From contig NC_090372.1 in the NCBI RefSeq assembly GCF_036365525.1, positions 180,087,800 to 180,151,799 of the forward strand: a stretch of 64,000 bases of DNA, read 5' to 3'. This document shows positions 12,617-25,959 of the stretch, one piece after another (position 1 is the first letter of the stretch; the number at the start of each line of letters is the position of its first letter). The translations under genes were made by a program, and so were the position numbers. The stretch is from Heterodontus francisci. Taxonomy: Eukaryota. The notes below the pieces were generated by a model, which ran no database searches, was not told the origin of the DNA, and saw nothing but the letters and a program-made list of their open reading frames with translations.

Positions 12617-13944
12617 TCATACGGACAAATATCACTTGATTCGCTACTGACCAATTTACTAAAAACTTGGCTGCATGTATATGTAGTGAATGTTGCTTTA
12701 TTGTAGAGTTAGGCAATACTCCAAACTCAGTCAACAGTTTGTGATTTGAAGATTAGCTGACAGCAGGTTAGATGATAACTAGTAGAGTAGGGTTTCATTA
12801 AAAAAAACTGATAAATGGAAACAATACTATGAAGCTTAAACTCCTTTGTGATTAAAAACTGCATGGAGAGCATATGGAAATAATTATGGCTCTAGAAAGC
12901 TTTCATGAGAAAAACATGGGAAAATATTTAATGGCATAAAAGCAAGTTGGATGTGTTGAATTGCTAGATATATGATTGGCCTTTTCTTTTTCCTATCTTC
13001 CTGTGTTTGAAAACATTGTCGGCTGTATCTTAGGATGACTGGATGGCTTTAGAGATATGTATAGCCCATGCAAGAAGAAAGGACAAATGATCACCTGGCC
13101 TGCCACTCATTCAGACTGAAGCATACCGTCCAAAGCCTTGACATCCTGTTTGATCCTGAACTGAATTTTAAACCCCATATCCTGCTGAAATCTTTATCCA
13201 TGCTTTTGTCACCTCCAGATACTCGATTATTCCATAGACCTTCCCCATGATCTTCCATGATGGTGAGAGATTGGTCAAACTCCCACGGGATTTCCACCCA
13301 AATATTCTTAGCACAACAGGAGTAATTTTACACATATACTTCATAATCCATCCCACATCAGTTTATTATTCATGTTTCTCACATTATAACACAGCTATAT
13401 GTTGCATTTTGTTGCAGGCTGTCATCACTGCCAATATTCATTGTTCACGAATAAGTTATGAAGATTAACTATGCACAGTAGATGCTCTGTTCTTGGGAGT
13501 CACCAAAAGTCTGGTAGAGGGCATCTGATATAATTTCTCTACTAATAATGGTGCAATTTTAGTATGCACTGGTCTCAGAACAGAGGCCTGCATATTTGGG
13601 TTTGAACTGAATCAGTTACAAACTGTTACTTCGACCCTGTCACAAGTGTAGTGCAAACTAGTATTAAAGTCATATATAATTTAGGTGGAAATACTCTTAT
13701 AGTTTGTAATATCATAAGAAGTGCATTTACAAGTTGTGCTTTTATATCTTAACTCCAAATTGTCTTTTATTCTGTGTAACTTTCTCCACATGTACATTAT
13801 CCTTACTGTATCAGTAATCAACTATTCATTGCCATGGAACCGACGGGACATGAAACTCATTTATGAACAGGAAAATGCTGCAAATGGAAATCTCTGATCT
13901 CACAAATCATATCAAGTAAAGAATCAAACATAAAGTAAGAGTAT

Positions 13945-14765
13945 AAGTAGAATATAATGTGGGAAAGTGTAAACTTGTCCACTTTGGCCAGAAAAATAGA
14001 AAAGCAACATATTATTTAAATAGAGAGAGATTGCAGAACTCTTGAGACGCAGAGGGATCTGTGTGTCCTAGTACACAAAACACAAAAAGTTAGTAAGCAG
14101 GTACAGCAAGTGATTAAGAAGGCAAATGCAATGTTGTCATTTACTGCAATTGGAATGAAATATAAAAGTAGAGATGTTTTGCTACAGTTGTACTGGGCAT
14201 TGGTGAGATCACACCTAGAGTACTGTGTACAGTTTTGGACTCACTTAAGAAACGATATAATTGCATTGGAGGCAGTTCAGAAAAGTTTCATTTGATTGAT
14301 TCCTGGGATAAGGGGGTTATCTTATGAGGAAAGGTTGGACAGGTTGGGTCTGTATTCATTGGTATTTAGAAGGATGAGAGGTGATCTTATTGAAACATAT
14401 TAGATCCTGAGGGGACTTGACAGGGTGGATGTTGAAAGGATGTTTGCCCTTGAGGGAGACTAAAACTAGGGGGCACAGTTTAAAAATAAGGAGTCTTCCA
14501 TTTAAGACAGAGATAAGGAGAATTTTTTTCTCTTAGAGGGTCATGAGTCTGTGGAACTCTCTTCCCCAGACAGTAGTGGAGGCAGGGTCATTGACTGTTT
14601 TTGAGGCAGAGGTAGACAGATTCTTGACAAACAAGGGAGTCAAAGGGTATCGGGAGTCGGCAGGAAAGTGGAGTTGAATCCACAAACAGATCAGCCATGA
14701 TCTTATAGAATGGTGGAGCAGGCTCAAGGGGGCGAATAGCCTACTCCTGCTCCTAGTTCGTACAT
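13945..14765 (+). mobile_element. CR1 3' fragment
   Basis: IKKANAMLSF...LQLYWALVRSHLEYCVQFW (ORF 14110..14295) and a CR1 3' UTR. Confidence 0.9.
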
Positions 14766-15913
14766 TTGTAAGATAAACACGTAATACATAGGACAATAAA
14801 AACCCACTGTTTTTTTACATTAGTCAGAATTGTTCCGAAGACTTCCAAAAGACAATGGTGTTAAAAGAATAGAAGCCATTTTATACGTCTATTTCCTTAT
14901 CTGCTTCCTTCATACTCCTTGAAATTGCACATTATAACAGAACCGGCAATGCTGCAATAAAACATTGCGCCACAGGCTGTAATTGCTGTTGGGCATTCAC
15001 TGTACAAACACTGAAAAACACATTGAATGTCTTATCTAACTGAATGCAGTGTGTTATGACACAACACTATGTGCAGCATCTGACCTGTGAAGTATCAGGT
15101 AAATTCTAACTATCTGTAGTTCTTTGAAAGGAGAAAACAATTACCAAAATGCATAGGGCTAGCTAAGACCACAAAGATTGGTTAAATAAAATTAATCTCA
15201 GGTTATAGTTCAATGCAAAATGAGTTTTGACCTAACCCTGCAGCTTATAAAGGGGATTTTGCCATGATTATTATGTCATTTGGCAGACTTCCAGACTGCT
15301 CAAAGACAACATTATTTATTCTGAGTCAGATTACATACCGTGTTCGGCACGTGTATCAGCTCCGCTCTAATTCAGGAGAAGTGTAACACAATAAGAGGAC
15401 TATAATTTGAAATCTGTTTAAATATTGCACTACTCCTTTTGTTTACCATTTTGTAAGAAAACACTACAAAGAAAATTAGATTTTAGAACCTCCAAAATTT
15501 TATCTTTGATTTCATAATAATAGTATACCTTAACTATTTAAGGAGTTGAATATAAGAGAAAAATGCAATACAGACTGTGTGAATGATGCAAAGGTGTAAC
15601 TGAGTAATGTTAAGCTGTCATTAAGTACTTGTTCTTACTATATACGGCCCCAATGTCAGTGTGACTTACACAACTATTGGGACCATATAAGGTATCTGAG
15701 CACACACTGCCTGGCCCACTAGATGAGGCTGCGACCCCATGACACCAAAGTGCAAATCAGAGGCAAAATCATCCCTGCCACTGAGTAAAACATCCAGTTC
15801 CAAAGCCACTACCAAATAGTGAATGGTTGATTTCAAGCATTGCAAAAATATTTTCATATGGAAGGAACGAGATGGAAAGAAGACAGGCCACTTTGCTACT
15901 TTTTTTAAATATA

Positions 15914-16190
15914 TGTGGAGTTTGCAAGTTCTCCCTGTGTCTGCGTGGGTTTTCTCCGGGTGCTCCGGTTTCCTCCCACAAGCCAAAAGACTTGCAGGTT
16001 GATAGGTAAATTGGCCATTATAAATTGTCACTAGTATAGGTAGGTGGTAGGGAAATATAGGGACAGGTGGGGATGTTTGGTAGGAATATGGGATTAGTGT
16101 AGGATTAGTATAAATGGGTGGTTGATGTTCGGCACAGACTCGGTGGGCTGAAGGGCCTGTTTCAGTGCTGTATCTCTAATCTAAAAAAAA
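15914..16190 (+). mobile_element. HE1/V-type SINE, 5'-truncated
   Basis: V-domain TGTGGAGTTTGCAAGTTCTCCCTGTGTCTGCGTGGGTTT and CR1-like tail GAAGGGCCTGTTTCAGTGCTGTATCTCTA. Confidence 0.9.
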
Positions 16191-16199
16191 ATCTAATAT

Positions 16200-16690
16200 G
16201 CTGTGCATCCTCAATATCTGAATTCCATCCCAAATAAACTTGTGCTAATTCAAAACTCAACTGCTCATATCTTAACATACTCCAATCTCAGTCACCCATC
16301 TCCCCCATGTTTGCTGACCTTCAAAGGCTTTCCATCCAACAATTTAAAAATTCTCATCCTTGTTTTCAAATCCCTCCATGGCCTCGCTGCTCTCTGTGTA
16401 GCTTCCTTCAGCCCTACAAGCCTTCGCGATCTCTGCGTTCCTTCAATTCTGGATTCCTGTGAATCCCTAGTTTTATTTCTTTTTTTAAAATTGTTTATTT
16501 CAGCTGCCTTGGCAATAAACTCTGGAATTCCCTCTCTAAGCCTCTCCACCTTTCTCCTCTTTTGAGGTGCTCTTAAAAACTTAACTCTTCAATCAGGCTT
16601 CCCTGATTCCCCTTCAAAAAAATGTCAAAATATTGTTATTGATAGTGCTCTTATGGGATGTGTACTATATAAATGTAACTTGTTGCTGTT
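16200..16690 (+). mobile_element. L2 3' fragment
   Basis: KLVLIQNSTAHILT...KILILVFKSLHGLA (ORF 16203..16565). Confidence 0.8.
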
Positions 16691-17043
16691 ATATAACTGT
16701 GATTCAAGGGGCTTTCTGTCAATAAGCTACTGCATTACAGTTCAGCCATTTTTTTTATTCATTCATGGGCGTTGCTGGCCAGGCCAGCATTTATTGCCCA
16801 TCCCTAATTGCCCTTGAGAAGGTGGTGGTGAGCTGCCTTATTGAACCACTGCAGTCCAATTAAATGGGAGAGGGTCAATTTCAATGGGGTGAGAACGGGT
16901 CTGGCCCAGATAAATAGGAATCAAAGATTGGCAGGCAAAACTGTAACAGAACAATGAGCTGCCTTTAAAGAGGAGATAGTTCAGGGACAGTCAAGTACAT
17001 TCTCATGAGGGGGAAAGGTAGGAAAAACAAAGCCAAAGCCAAG

Positions 17044-18050
17044 TGTCGTGCGATGCCAAATGATTTTTTTAATCCATCAGTTGGAAACCTGAATTAAACT
17101 TTAAAAAGAAATCAGGAGACAAAGAACTTGAATTAAACTTTAAAAAAGAAACAACTGATAAAAGACCACTACTAGCAGCTAAAATGACCACTGCAATTTG
17201 TATCAAAATACCCTACATACCAATGTATTGAGTTGAAGACGCAGGTCAGAACAATGGCTTGCAAATTTTGAATAAGCTACCTGCCTTGCCTTCATTAACA
17301 AGTCATTAAAGGGCCATCTTGGAACATTAACACTGGTGGAGATGAGCCACTCAAAGGGAAATCCTGGAACAATGGGACCCCTGAGAGATTGGAATTCTTA
17401 GACCTGATCTAATTAAGATGCAAAAGAGAGAATACACTGGGCAATCATGTGACAGACACTCCATCTGAGTGAAAACATGCAATTCCTTCTCTCTACAGCA
17501 GACAAACATCTGAGCTTGACCAGTGAAGGAACCAAGTGGGGTCTGTCTCCCTTGGTCTCTCTCTCCAGGAGACCTGGTAAGTTCGAATCCTGCCTGTTGG
17601 CTGCAAAACATCCAAGTTGCGGACAGAGACCCCAGGAAGAAAACCATCTGCATCACTGTCTACCAGCCAGAAACTTCAGGACCACGAGTTCAGCCGCAAG
17701 ACAACTGACTCCACAGACTGCATATTATTTTTTATTGTTCCGGACTCTCATCCAACCAATCTATTCTTCTTCAGTCTGTAACCTATTTGTGTGTGTGTGT
17801 GATTCTCGTGTGTGTGTGCGTGGGTGTGAGTGAAAGTTGGAGCATAGTTTACATTTTTACTTTTGGTTTTGGTACAATAAACCTCTTTCTTGCTTAAACT
17901 CAAGAAAACCCGTCCGATTGGTTCTTTTATGATCATAGCACAAAAAGGGTTACACAGTCACTGAATTGGTAAGCACATCCATAGTTTAAAAGAAATTTGC
18001 AGTCAAACAAGGAAAGGGAGAAGAGGGGAGCCTCTTCACCTGATCGTAAC
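17044..18050 (+). mobile_element. Probable solo LTR inserted in CR1
   Basis: Begins TGT and ends GATCGTAAC, like the 56324-57347 LTR; internal (GT)n then AATAAA. CR1 sequence resumes on both sides. TSD not clean. Confidence 0.55.
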
Positions 18051-18920
18051 TCAAACATGATGAAAGAGAAAGGAAATGAGATGAAGCAAGAAAAGGGTGC
18101 ACATGACAGATGTCAGATTGATAATACAAGCGAGAACCAGGCTGAATATAGAAAGTTCAGAGGGGAAGTGAAAAATAAAATGGGAGAAGCAAACAGAGAG
18201 TATGGGAAGAGTCTGGCAGCTAACATGAAAGGGAATCCAAAAGTCTTCTTTTGGCATAAATATATTAAAACGATAGTAAAAGGAGGGGTGGGGCTTATTA
18301 GGGACCAAAAAGGGGATTAACGCGTAGAGGCAGACGGCATGGCATCTGTCTTTACCAAGGAAGGAGATGCTGCCCAAGCTATGGTGAAAAAGAAGGTAGT
18401 TGAGACACTGGATGGGCTAAAAATGATAGAGGAGGTATGAGAAAGTATGGCTGTACTTAAAGGTGATGAGTCAGCAGGACTGGCATCCGAGGATGCTGAG
18501 GGAAGTAAAGGTGGAAATTGAGGAAGCACTAGCAATAATCTTCCAATCCTCTTTAGATAAAGGGGTAATACCAGAGGATTGCAGAATTGCAAAGGTTACA
18601 GCCTTGTTCAAACATGGTGGGAAAGCTTTTAGAAACAATAATCCGGGACAAAATTAACAGTCACTTGGAAAAATATGGATTAATTAAGGAAAGCTAGCAT
18701 GGATTTGTAAAGGCAAATTGTGTTTAACTTGATTGAGTTTTTTGATAAGGTAACAGAAAGGGTTGATGAGGGTAATGCAGTTGATGTGGTGTACATGGAC
18801 TTCCAAAAGGCATTTGATAAAGTACCGCATAACAGGCTTGTCAGCAAAATAAAAGCCCATGGAATAAAAGGACAATGGCAGCATGAATACAAAATTGGCT
18901 GAGTGACAGAAAACAGAGAC

Positions 18921-19270
18921 TAGTTTAGTTTAGTTATACAGCACTGAAACAGGCCCTTCGGCCCACCGAGTCTGTGCCGACCATCAACCACCCATTTATA
19001 CTAATCCTACACTAATCCCACATTCCTACCACATCCCCACCTGTCCCTATATTTCCCTACCACCTACCTATACTAGGGGTAATTTATAATGGCCAATTAA
19101 CCTATCAACCTGCAAGTCTTTGGCATGTGGGAGGAAACCGGAGCACCCGGAGGAAACCCACGCAGACACAGGGAGAACTTGCAAACTCCACACAGGCAGT
19201 ACTCAGAATTGAACCCGGGTCGCTGGAGCTGTAAGGCTGCGGTGCTAACCACTGCGCCACTGTGCCGCCC
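18921..19270 (-). mobile_element. Full-length HE1/V-type SINE inserted in CR1 RT
   Basis: Minus-strand head GGGCGGCACAGTGGCGCAGTGGTTAGCAC (A box) and GGTTCAATTC (B box), V-domain and (AAACT)n tail. Confidence 0.93.
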
Positions 19271-20199
19271 ATTGGTGAACGGTTGTTTTTCAGACTAGAG
19301 GAAGGGATAGAGTGGGGTTCGCCAGGGGCCAGTAGTAGGACCACTGCTTTTCTTGATCTATATTAACGACTAGACTTAGGTGTTCAGGGAACAAATTGCT
19401 GATGACACCCCCCACCCCCCCAAACTTTGAAGTATGTGAACTGTGAGGAAGTCAGTGATAGACCTCAAGAGGACATAGTGGTATGGGTGGACACATGAGA
19501 GATGAATTCTAATGCACAGAAGTGTGAAGTGATTCATTTTGGTAGAAAGAACAAGGAGAGGCATTATAAAATAAAGGATACTTTCTAAACAGGGTGCAGG
19601 AGCAGAGGGACCTGGGGGTATATGTGCACAAATCACTGAAGGTGGCAGGGCAGGTTGAAAAAGTGGTTAAAAAGGCATATGGGATTCTGGGCTTTATAAA
19701 TAGAGACACGGAGTACAAAAACAAGGACGTTTTTAGTTTTTTTTTTAGTTTTAGTTACAGTGAGCTTTTATAAAACACTAGTTCGGCCTCAATTGGAGTA
19801 TTGTGTCCTTTTCTGTACACCACATTTCAGGAAGGATATGAAGGTGTTAGAGAGGGTGTTGAAAAGATTGATGAGAATCATTCCAGGGTTGAGGTAATTG
19901 ATAAAAGAACCGAAGATGACAAAAGGAAAAACTCTTTTTAACGCAGCGAGTGGTGAGGATCTGGAATGCACTGCCCAGCAGTGTGGTGAGGCAGATTCAA
20001 TCATGGCTTTCAAAAGGCAATTGGACAAGCATCTGAAGAGAGAAAAATTTGCAGGGCTATGGGGAAAGGGTGGGGGAGTAGGACTAGCTGAGGTGCTTTT
20101 GCAGAGAGCTGGCATGGACATACTAGGCCGAATAGCCTCCTTCTGTGTTGTAACCATTCTATGATATTGTTAATGGTTCTTTTTCTCGGGTACTGCTCC

Positions 20200-21602
20200 C
20201 CCTCTATTTCAATTCTGCTGTCATCACCCCTCCTCAAAAAAACCCACCCTGACCCTTGGTCCTTGCAAACTGCTGCCCTCTCTCCAACCTTCTTTTCCTC
20301 TCAAAAGTCCTCGAATGTGTTGTTGCCTTCCAAATCCGTGCCCATCTTTCCCAGAACTCTATGTTTGAATTCCTGCAATCAGGTTTACGCCTGACAAGAT
20401 GAACTATCCCTCCTCATCTTTTTTGACCTGACAGCAGCCTTTGTCATGACTGACTACACCATCCTCCTCTAAAACCTCTCCACTGTCATCCATTCTTATC
20501 TATTTAATTGCAGCCAGAGAATCACCCGCAATGGCTTCTCATCCTGCTTCCCCACAGTTACCTCTGGTGCCAAGGATCTAATCTGGCAACCCCCCACCAT
20601 TTCTCATCTACATGCCACCCCTCAGTGGCATCATCTGAAAACACAGCATCGGTTTACACATGTACACGGACGACGCCCAGCTCTACCTCACAGCCACCTC
20701 TACGACCCCTCCACTGTCTCTAAATTGTCTGACATCCAGTACTGGATGAGCAGAAATTTCCTCCAACTAAATATTGGGAAGGTGAAGTCATCACCTTTAG
20801 TCTTTGCTACAAACTGTGTTCCCTAGCCACAGATTTCCTCCCTCTCCCTGGCAAAGGTCTGAAACTGAACCAGATTGTTTTCAATCTTGGTGCCATGTTT
20901 GACCCGAGATGAGATTCCAACAACAAATCCACACCACCACTAAGACCATCTATTCCCATTCCATAATATCGCCAAACTCTGCCCCTGTTGCAGTGTATTA
21001 GCCGCTGAAACCCTCATTTATGCCTTGGTTACCTCTGAACTTGACTATTCCAATGCATTCCTGGCTGGCCTCCCATGTTCTACCCTCTGTAAACTTGAGG
21101 TGACCCTACATTCTGCTGCCCATGTCCTAAATTGCACCAAGTCCTGTTCACTATCACCCCTGTGCTTGCTGACCTACATTGGCTCCAGGTCAAACAACTC
21201 CTTGATTTTAACATTTTCATCCTTGTTTCAAATCTCTCTAGGGCCTTGCCCCTCCCTATCGCTCTAATCTCCTCCAGCCCTACAACCTGCCAAGATATCT
21301 GTACTCACCTAGTTCTGGCCTCTTAAGCATCTCTGATTTTAATTGCTCCACCATTGGTTGAATTGCCTTCAACCGCCTAGGCCTGAAGCTCTGGAATTCC
21401 CTCCCTAAACCTCTCCATCTCTCTATCCCTCTTTTCTCTTTGTAGACAGTCCTTCAAACCTCTCTGCCCAAGCTTTTAGTCATCTGCCCTAATATCTCTT
21501 TATCTGGCTTGGTGTCAAATATTGTTTGATAATGCTCCTGCAGAGTGCCTTGGAATCTTTTATTACATTAAAGGCACTATAAAAATGCAAGTTGTTGTTG
21601 TT
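20200..21602 (+). mobile_element. L2 LINE, decayed RT and 3' end
   Basis: Decayed HMYTDDAQLY-like RT motif near 20660, VTSELDYSNAFLAGLP, and a TTG tail at ~21590. Confidence 0.88.
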
Positions 21603-22427
21603 ATATCACCCATGGAACTTGTAGGAGTACCTGTGGCACAGGCTGTGAGCAGTTCTGAGCCAAAATTGTAATCGGGGTCCTATTTACCTCAATTTCCATA
21701 TTAAAAGAACCCTATCATCTGAAACAGGCATGGCATACACTTTGGACACCCGGAAGAAGGCTCCTTTCACAAGGCACTCAAAATTGACCCCAAGCCATCT
21801 TTAACATAATTGCAATAGTATTGACTATGTAAAATGTGAAGCTGCTGGCAGTGAAGGTGCACTTACCTATGAGTCTTTGGATCTGCCCTCGGACAGGTTG
21901 CTTTTAGACTGGAATTTGCTTAGTTTGGATTATAAAAGAAAGGCATCCATTGGCCCAGTTATGATATTCACATTGCTAAGATTTACTCCCTTATCGCATC
22001 AGTCAAATTGTCTACTCAAAGTACTGAATGTACAATTCTGCCGCTGTGATAAGAGAGACAGTTTCAATAGTATAAATGCCTGCCCCTGCATTACAGCTCA
22101 GCACTTTATAAATCTGAGCAGTGACTGCACTCTGAACTGTACATATTAGGCTAAAAATTGGCCTGCATCCGTTTTTATGTGCAGGGGTCGTCATTTGTGA
22201 CCTGCCCATTCCTGTTGAGGGACGCAGCACACAAACTTGTTGCTCCTCGTTTCTATGATCTTAGCATGCAGCCCAGCAAGACCCGTGCTGCTGGCTGGCT
22301 GTACACTCAACACTGGCCTAATAGCGTGTGAGGCTAGCAACTGTTGCAGCTCGCCTTCAGCTCTTAAAGGCAATCTGTCCCTCTTACAGGGAAACTGCAA
22401 TGAATCACAGAAATCTGCTGCTACTGA

Positions 22428-23600
22428 ATGATATTGCTACAATTCTACAGAGGGGAAAGGGAACAACAGGGCAGAGAGAGGGCCCCCAGGTTTACTGATG
22501 CAACACTGGAGGCATTAGTCATGGAGGAGGACAGAAAAAGTGTCATGTTTCCTTGGGGTGGCCAGGAGGCCCTCCATGGAAACCCTCCGAAGGGAATGAG
22601 AGCAGGCAGCAAGAAATGTCAATGCCCAGAGTCTGGCTCCGAGGATCTGCAGTTGTGCCAGAAGAAGTTTAATGACCTCACATGGGTGGTCGAGGTCAGT
22701 AAATGCATCTTCACATGACATCTCAGGCCCACCAAACCTTCAGGCTCTCACACTGCTCAATGCACCACAACCCTACCGCACACCCAGAAGCAGTGCCTAG
22801 CACTCAGGACTCATGACTAACATTCACATACTCCACTTCACCTTCACATACCTTCCAACGATACCAGCTGCAAACCCAACTCTCGCAACCTCCAAATACC
22901 TCCAGCTATTCAGCGATGACAGGCACACCACACAATGCAACACAAACACTGACATTCTGCCCTCTCTCTTGCAGGACATGGTGGTCCATAACAGGAGGCA
23001 GCAACAGAGAGCCAACAGGGTTGGGGGTGGGATGGGTGGGGGGCAGGCATGTCTTCATCCACCTGATCCCAATGGAGGAGATGGTGCTGCACATCATGGG
23101 GTTGGCTGTGACAGAGCCTGGTATGACTAAGACTATCAAGGATGATGGTATATTATTGCTTTATGCCCATTTTCAGTTCCCTGGAAGTGGTGGCCAACTT
23201 CATGCCAGCACTAGCAAACCCAAACGTGATGTAGCATCTGGTGGCTGCTGTCTCAGTTTCTGCTGCAGCATGGGCAGAAGCCACTCAAAGTCTCAATGCA
23301 GCAGTGGAAGCTGATAAGGAGGCCAAGAGATCCAAGCTTGCTCAGACTGCTGCCATCATAGTTGCAGATTTCAGTGCTCGAAGGGGTATGCAGGCTCACA
23401 CAACAGTCCAGCAATCTGTCCTCCAACAGATTATTGGATTGCTGAGGTGCTACCCCATGGGAGTGGCAGTGGCGCTGTGGATCACGAACCTGCTGTCCTC
23501 TCTCCAGAAGACAGCATTCATGCTCCCACCACTACCACTTTGCCAGTGTCCTTACTGTTGCCTCTCAGTCAGCCAGCCCAGACCTTTGCTTGGGTAGGCT
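22428..23600 (+). pseudogene. Harbinger Myb/SANT-like DNA-binding gene remnant, apparently spliced
   Basis: RERAPRFTDATLEALV...CQKKFNDL. Putative donor GTCAGT at ~22695, acceptor TCTCTTGCAG at ~22974, donor at ~23148. Frameshifted. Confidence 0.7.
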
Positions 23601-23789
23601 GATTGTCTGCTCCACGGCTCTCGTTATATGCCCACTGTCTTCACGTGGTTAGGTGGCTGGGTGGGGTCATCAGCCATGTGTAGAGGGAGTAGCCTTTCTC
23701 CCCAAGCAACTAGCTTCCAATTCTCTGCGGAGGCCCAAAGATGGTGGGTACAACTGACTGGCACAGGTTGAAGGCTTTGTGACTGTTAC

Positions 23790-24400
23790 CAGGATAGCAG
23801 GCATTCAACAACATGATATATCAGAAGTGGTTGGCACACCAACTACACATATATAGAATGGTAGCCCTTACAGTTCTTGTACCTCTCCCTCTTGTAATGG
23901 GGGCCCACAGAGCCACATGTGTGCAGTCGATGGTCCCCTGAACCATCAGGAATTCCGCTCTCCTGGCAAAGCCATGCGTCTTCTCATCCTGCTTGTCCCT
24001 GTTGAGGGAGAAGATGATGTATTCTCTGCATCTGGAGTAGATGGCCTCTGTGACTTCACAGATACTCCAATGTACAGTGTACTGGGATATGTTCGAGATG
24101 TCATCCGCTCCCTCCTGGAACAACCTGGACTCATAGAATTTCAAATGCCACTGCACTATGACCTTGACGGTCACTGGCTCAGCCGTCCTCACCATGGTGT
24201 GAGGCTCCAGGTTGGGTTGTAGGGAATGGCACAGTTCTGTCACCAACTGCTTGTTGAACTTGAGTTATCTTAGGCACTGTTTCTGGGTGAGGAGGAGGTA
24301 GAAGTGTTCCCGCAAAACCCTTCATGTGCAGGGCCTTCTGTGAAGTGCCCTCCTCCTCCTTCACAGAGCTTACCCTCTCTACAGCCTTCACTCCATTGGA
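23790..24400 (-). pseudogene. Harbinger (HARBI1-like) DDE transposase remnant
   Basis: LKFYESRLFQEGADDISNISQYTVH...GFARRAEFLMVQGTIDCTHVALWAP, matching the Harbinger GxIDCTH motif; C-terminal part missing. Confidence 0.88.
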
Positions 24401-25149
24401 TGATCGCGTTTAAGATCCAGAGGCACTACAGTCACAGCCTTTGTACCTCAGTCACCAAATCCTGCACCCTCCATGATTTTAAGCAGCAGCTCTCCAAACT
24501 ACCTCCAAAAGGACACCACAATACTTGCAGAAACTCAGCCTCAGCAAAAGCAAGTCAAAAGCACCTCACCTGCATTTTGGTGCCTAGCCCTCTAAATAGC
24601 ACTTATGTGTGTGGGGTGAGGGATTGGAGGGGGGGGTGGGGGGAGGGGGGGTGTCCCTCGTGCTGCTGAAAGCCTGAGCAGTTGGGAGTGATCAGCACAG
24701 GCATTCTTGTACATATGCAGACGAAGTTCCTGAAATTGTCAAATCAGCCAGAATGGCTGTTTAACGTCATACTAGCACCCCTCGTGACACATACAGTGCA
24801 CGCACAGCATGCCCTTGCTTATTGCCCTCAGCAGCATCAGGAGCTGCGCAGGCTGTGCCAGAAACACAGGGGGCTATATTTTCGTGCTTTGGGGCTTCTG
24901 TTGCACTGACACCAGCTGTGCCATGGAGCCCAATTTCATGCCTGTCCTGTCATATGTCTAAAGCTTTATTATTTTGATGACATTTCCCCACATTATACTT
25001 CGAAAAGTGAAGGACCATTTCGGTTCAAATAATTGTGACATGGTTTTTTTTTTAAATATTGAAATAAATTACTTTGCATATTAGAAAATCCTATAGACGT
25101 AGTTACTTCTCTGTTCTCCTTGAGTATATTTGAAGCTAATTTGGAAAAT

Positions 25150-25636
25150 GGAGAACGGAGATTTACGAGAATGCTGCCAGGACTGGAAAAATGCAGCTGT
25201 GAGGAAAGATTGGACAAGCTGGGGTTGTTCTCCTTAGAACAGAGAAGGTAGAGGAGAGATCTGATTGAAATGTACAAAATTTTGAGGGCCCTGGATAGAG
25301 TGGAGGTGAAGGGTCTATTCACCTTAGCAGAGAGATCAGTGATGAGCGGGCATAGACTTAAAGTGATTAGTAGAAAAATCAGAGGGGAGATGAGGAAAAA
25401 CCTTTTCACACAGAGGGTGGTGGGGGTCTGGAACTCACTGCCTGAAAGGGTAGTTGAGGGAGAAATCCTCAACTCATTCAAAAGGAGTCTGGATATGCAC
25501 CTCAAGTGCCGTAATTTGCAGGGCTACAGACCAAATGCTGGAAGGTGGGATTAGAAAAGGTGGATAGTTTTTCGGGTGGCACAGACACGATGGGCCAAGT
25601 GGCCTCTTTTTTCTGTGCCTTAAACTTTCTATGATT
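25150..25636 (+). mobile_element. CR1 3' fragment
   Basis: YKILRALDRV...KNLFTQRVVGVWNSLPERVVE (ORF 25270..25554). Confidence 0.9.
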
Positions 25637-25959
25637 CAAACTCAGTCAATTTTGGTCTTCTAGCATGATGCTAGTGAGTGTTGGGTGGGGTGAGATCAAT
25701 GGGCACCCGGAGGTATCATTGGGAGACCTATTTCACTTCACAGGGAGCCCCTCATTCACATGTGGCGGGTCAGCTGCCGTGAGCAAAGTACTTCCCGTAA
25801 GCGGTTCACCGATTAGGAAATGGGAAATCGGGTGTTGCAGCAAGTTTTTATGTGGCCTCAGCAGCTGTAAGCAGAAGATTTTTTTTGTGGCCAAAATAGG
25901 GAAGTAGCACAGTGGAGTTGAAGGGGGAAAAGAAATTTCCAGCAGGATCCAAAGAAGAC

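Larger units (their letters stand above)
16930..20165 (+). mobile_element. Decayed CR1 ORF2, interrupted by an LTR-like insert and a SINE
   Basis: NMKGNPKVFF, HPRMLREVKVEIEEALAIIFQSSLD and NLIEFF..DVVYMDFQKAFDKVPH; CR1 3' UTR near 20100-20165. Confidence 0.88.
22149..24942. mobile_element. Decayed PIF/Harbinger DNA transposon with convergent Myb/SANT and transposase genes
   Basis: Imperfect TIRs GGCTAAAAATTGG / CCAATTTCATGCC; contains the two pseudogenes listed next. Confidence 0.75.

Noticed and set aside
19190-19270. tRNA gene
   Set aside because: It is the tRNA-derived head of a SINE, continuous with the V-domain and tail.
23821-24246. Domesticated HARBI1 gene
   Set aside because: Truncated and frameshifted after the first catalytic Asp, and lies between TIRs.
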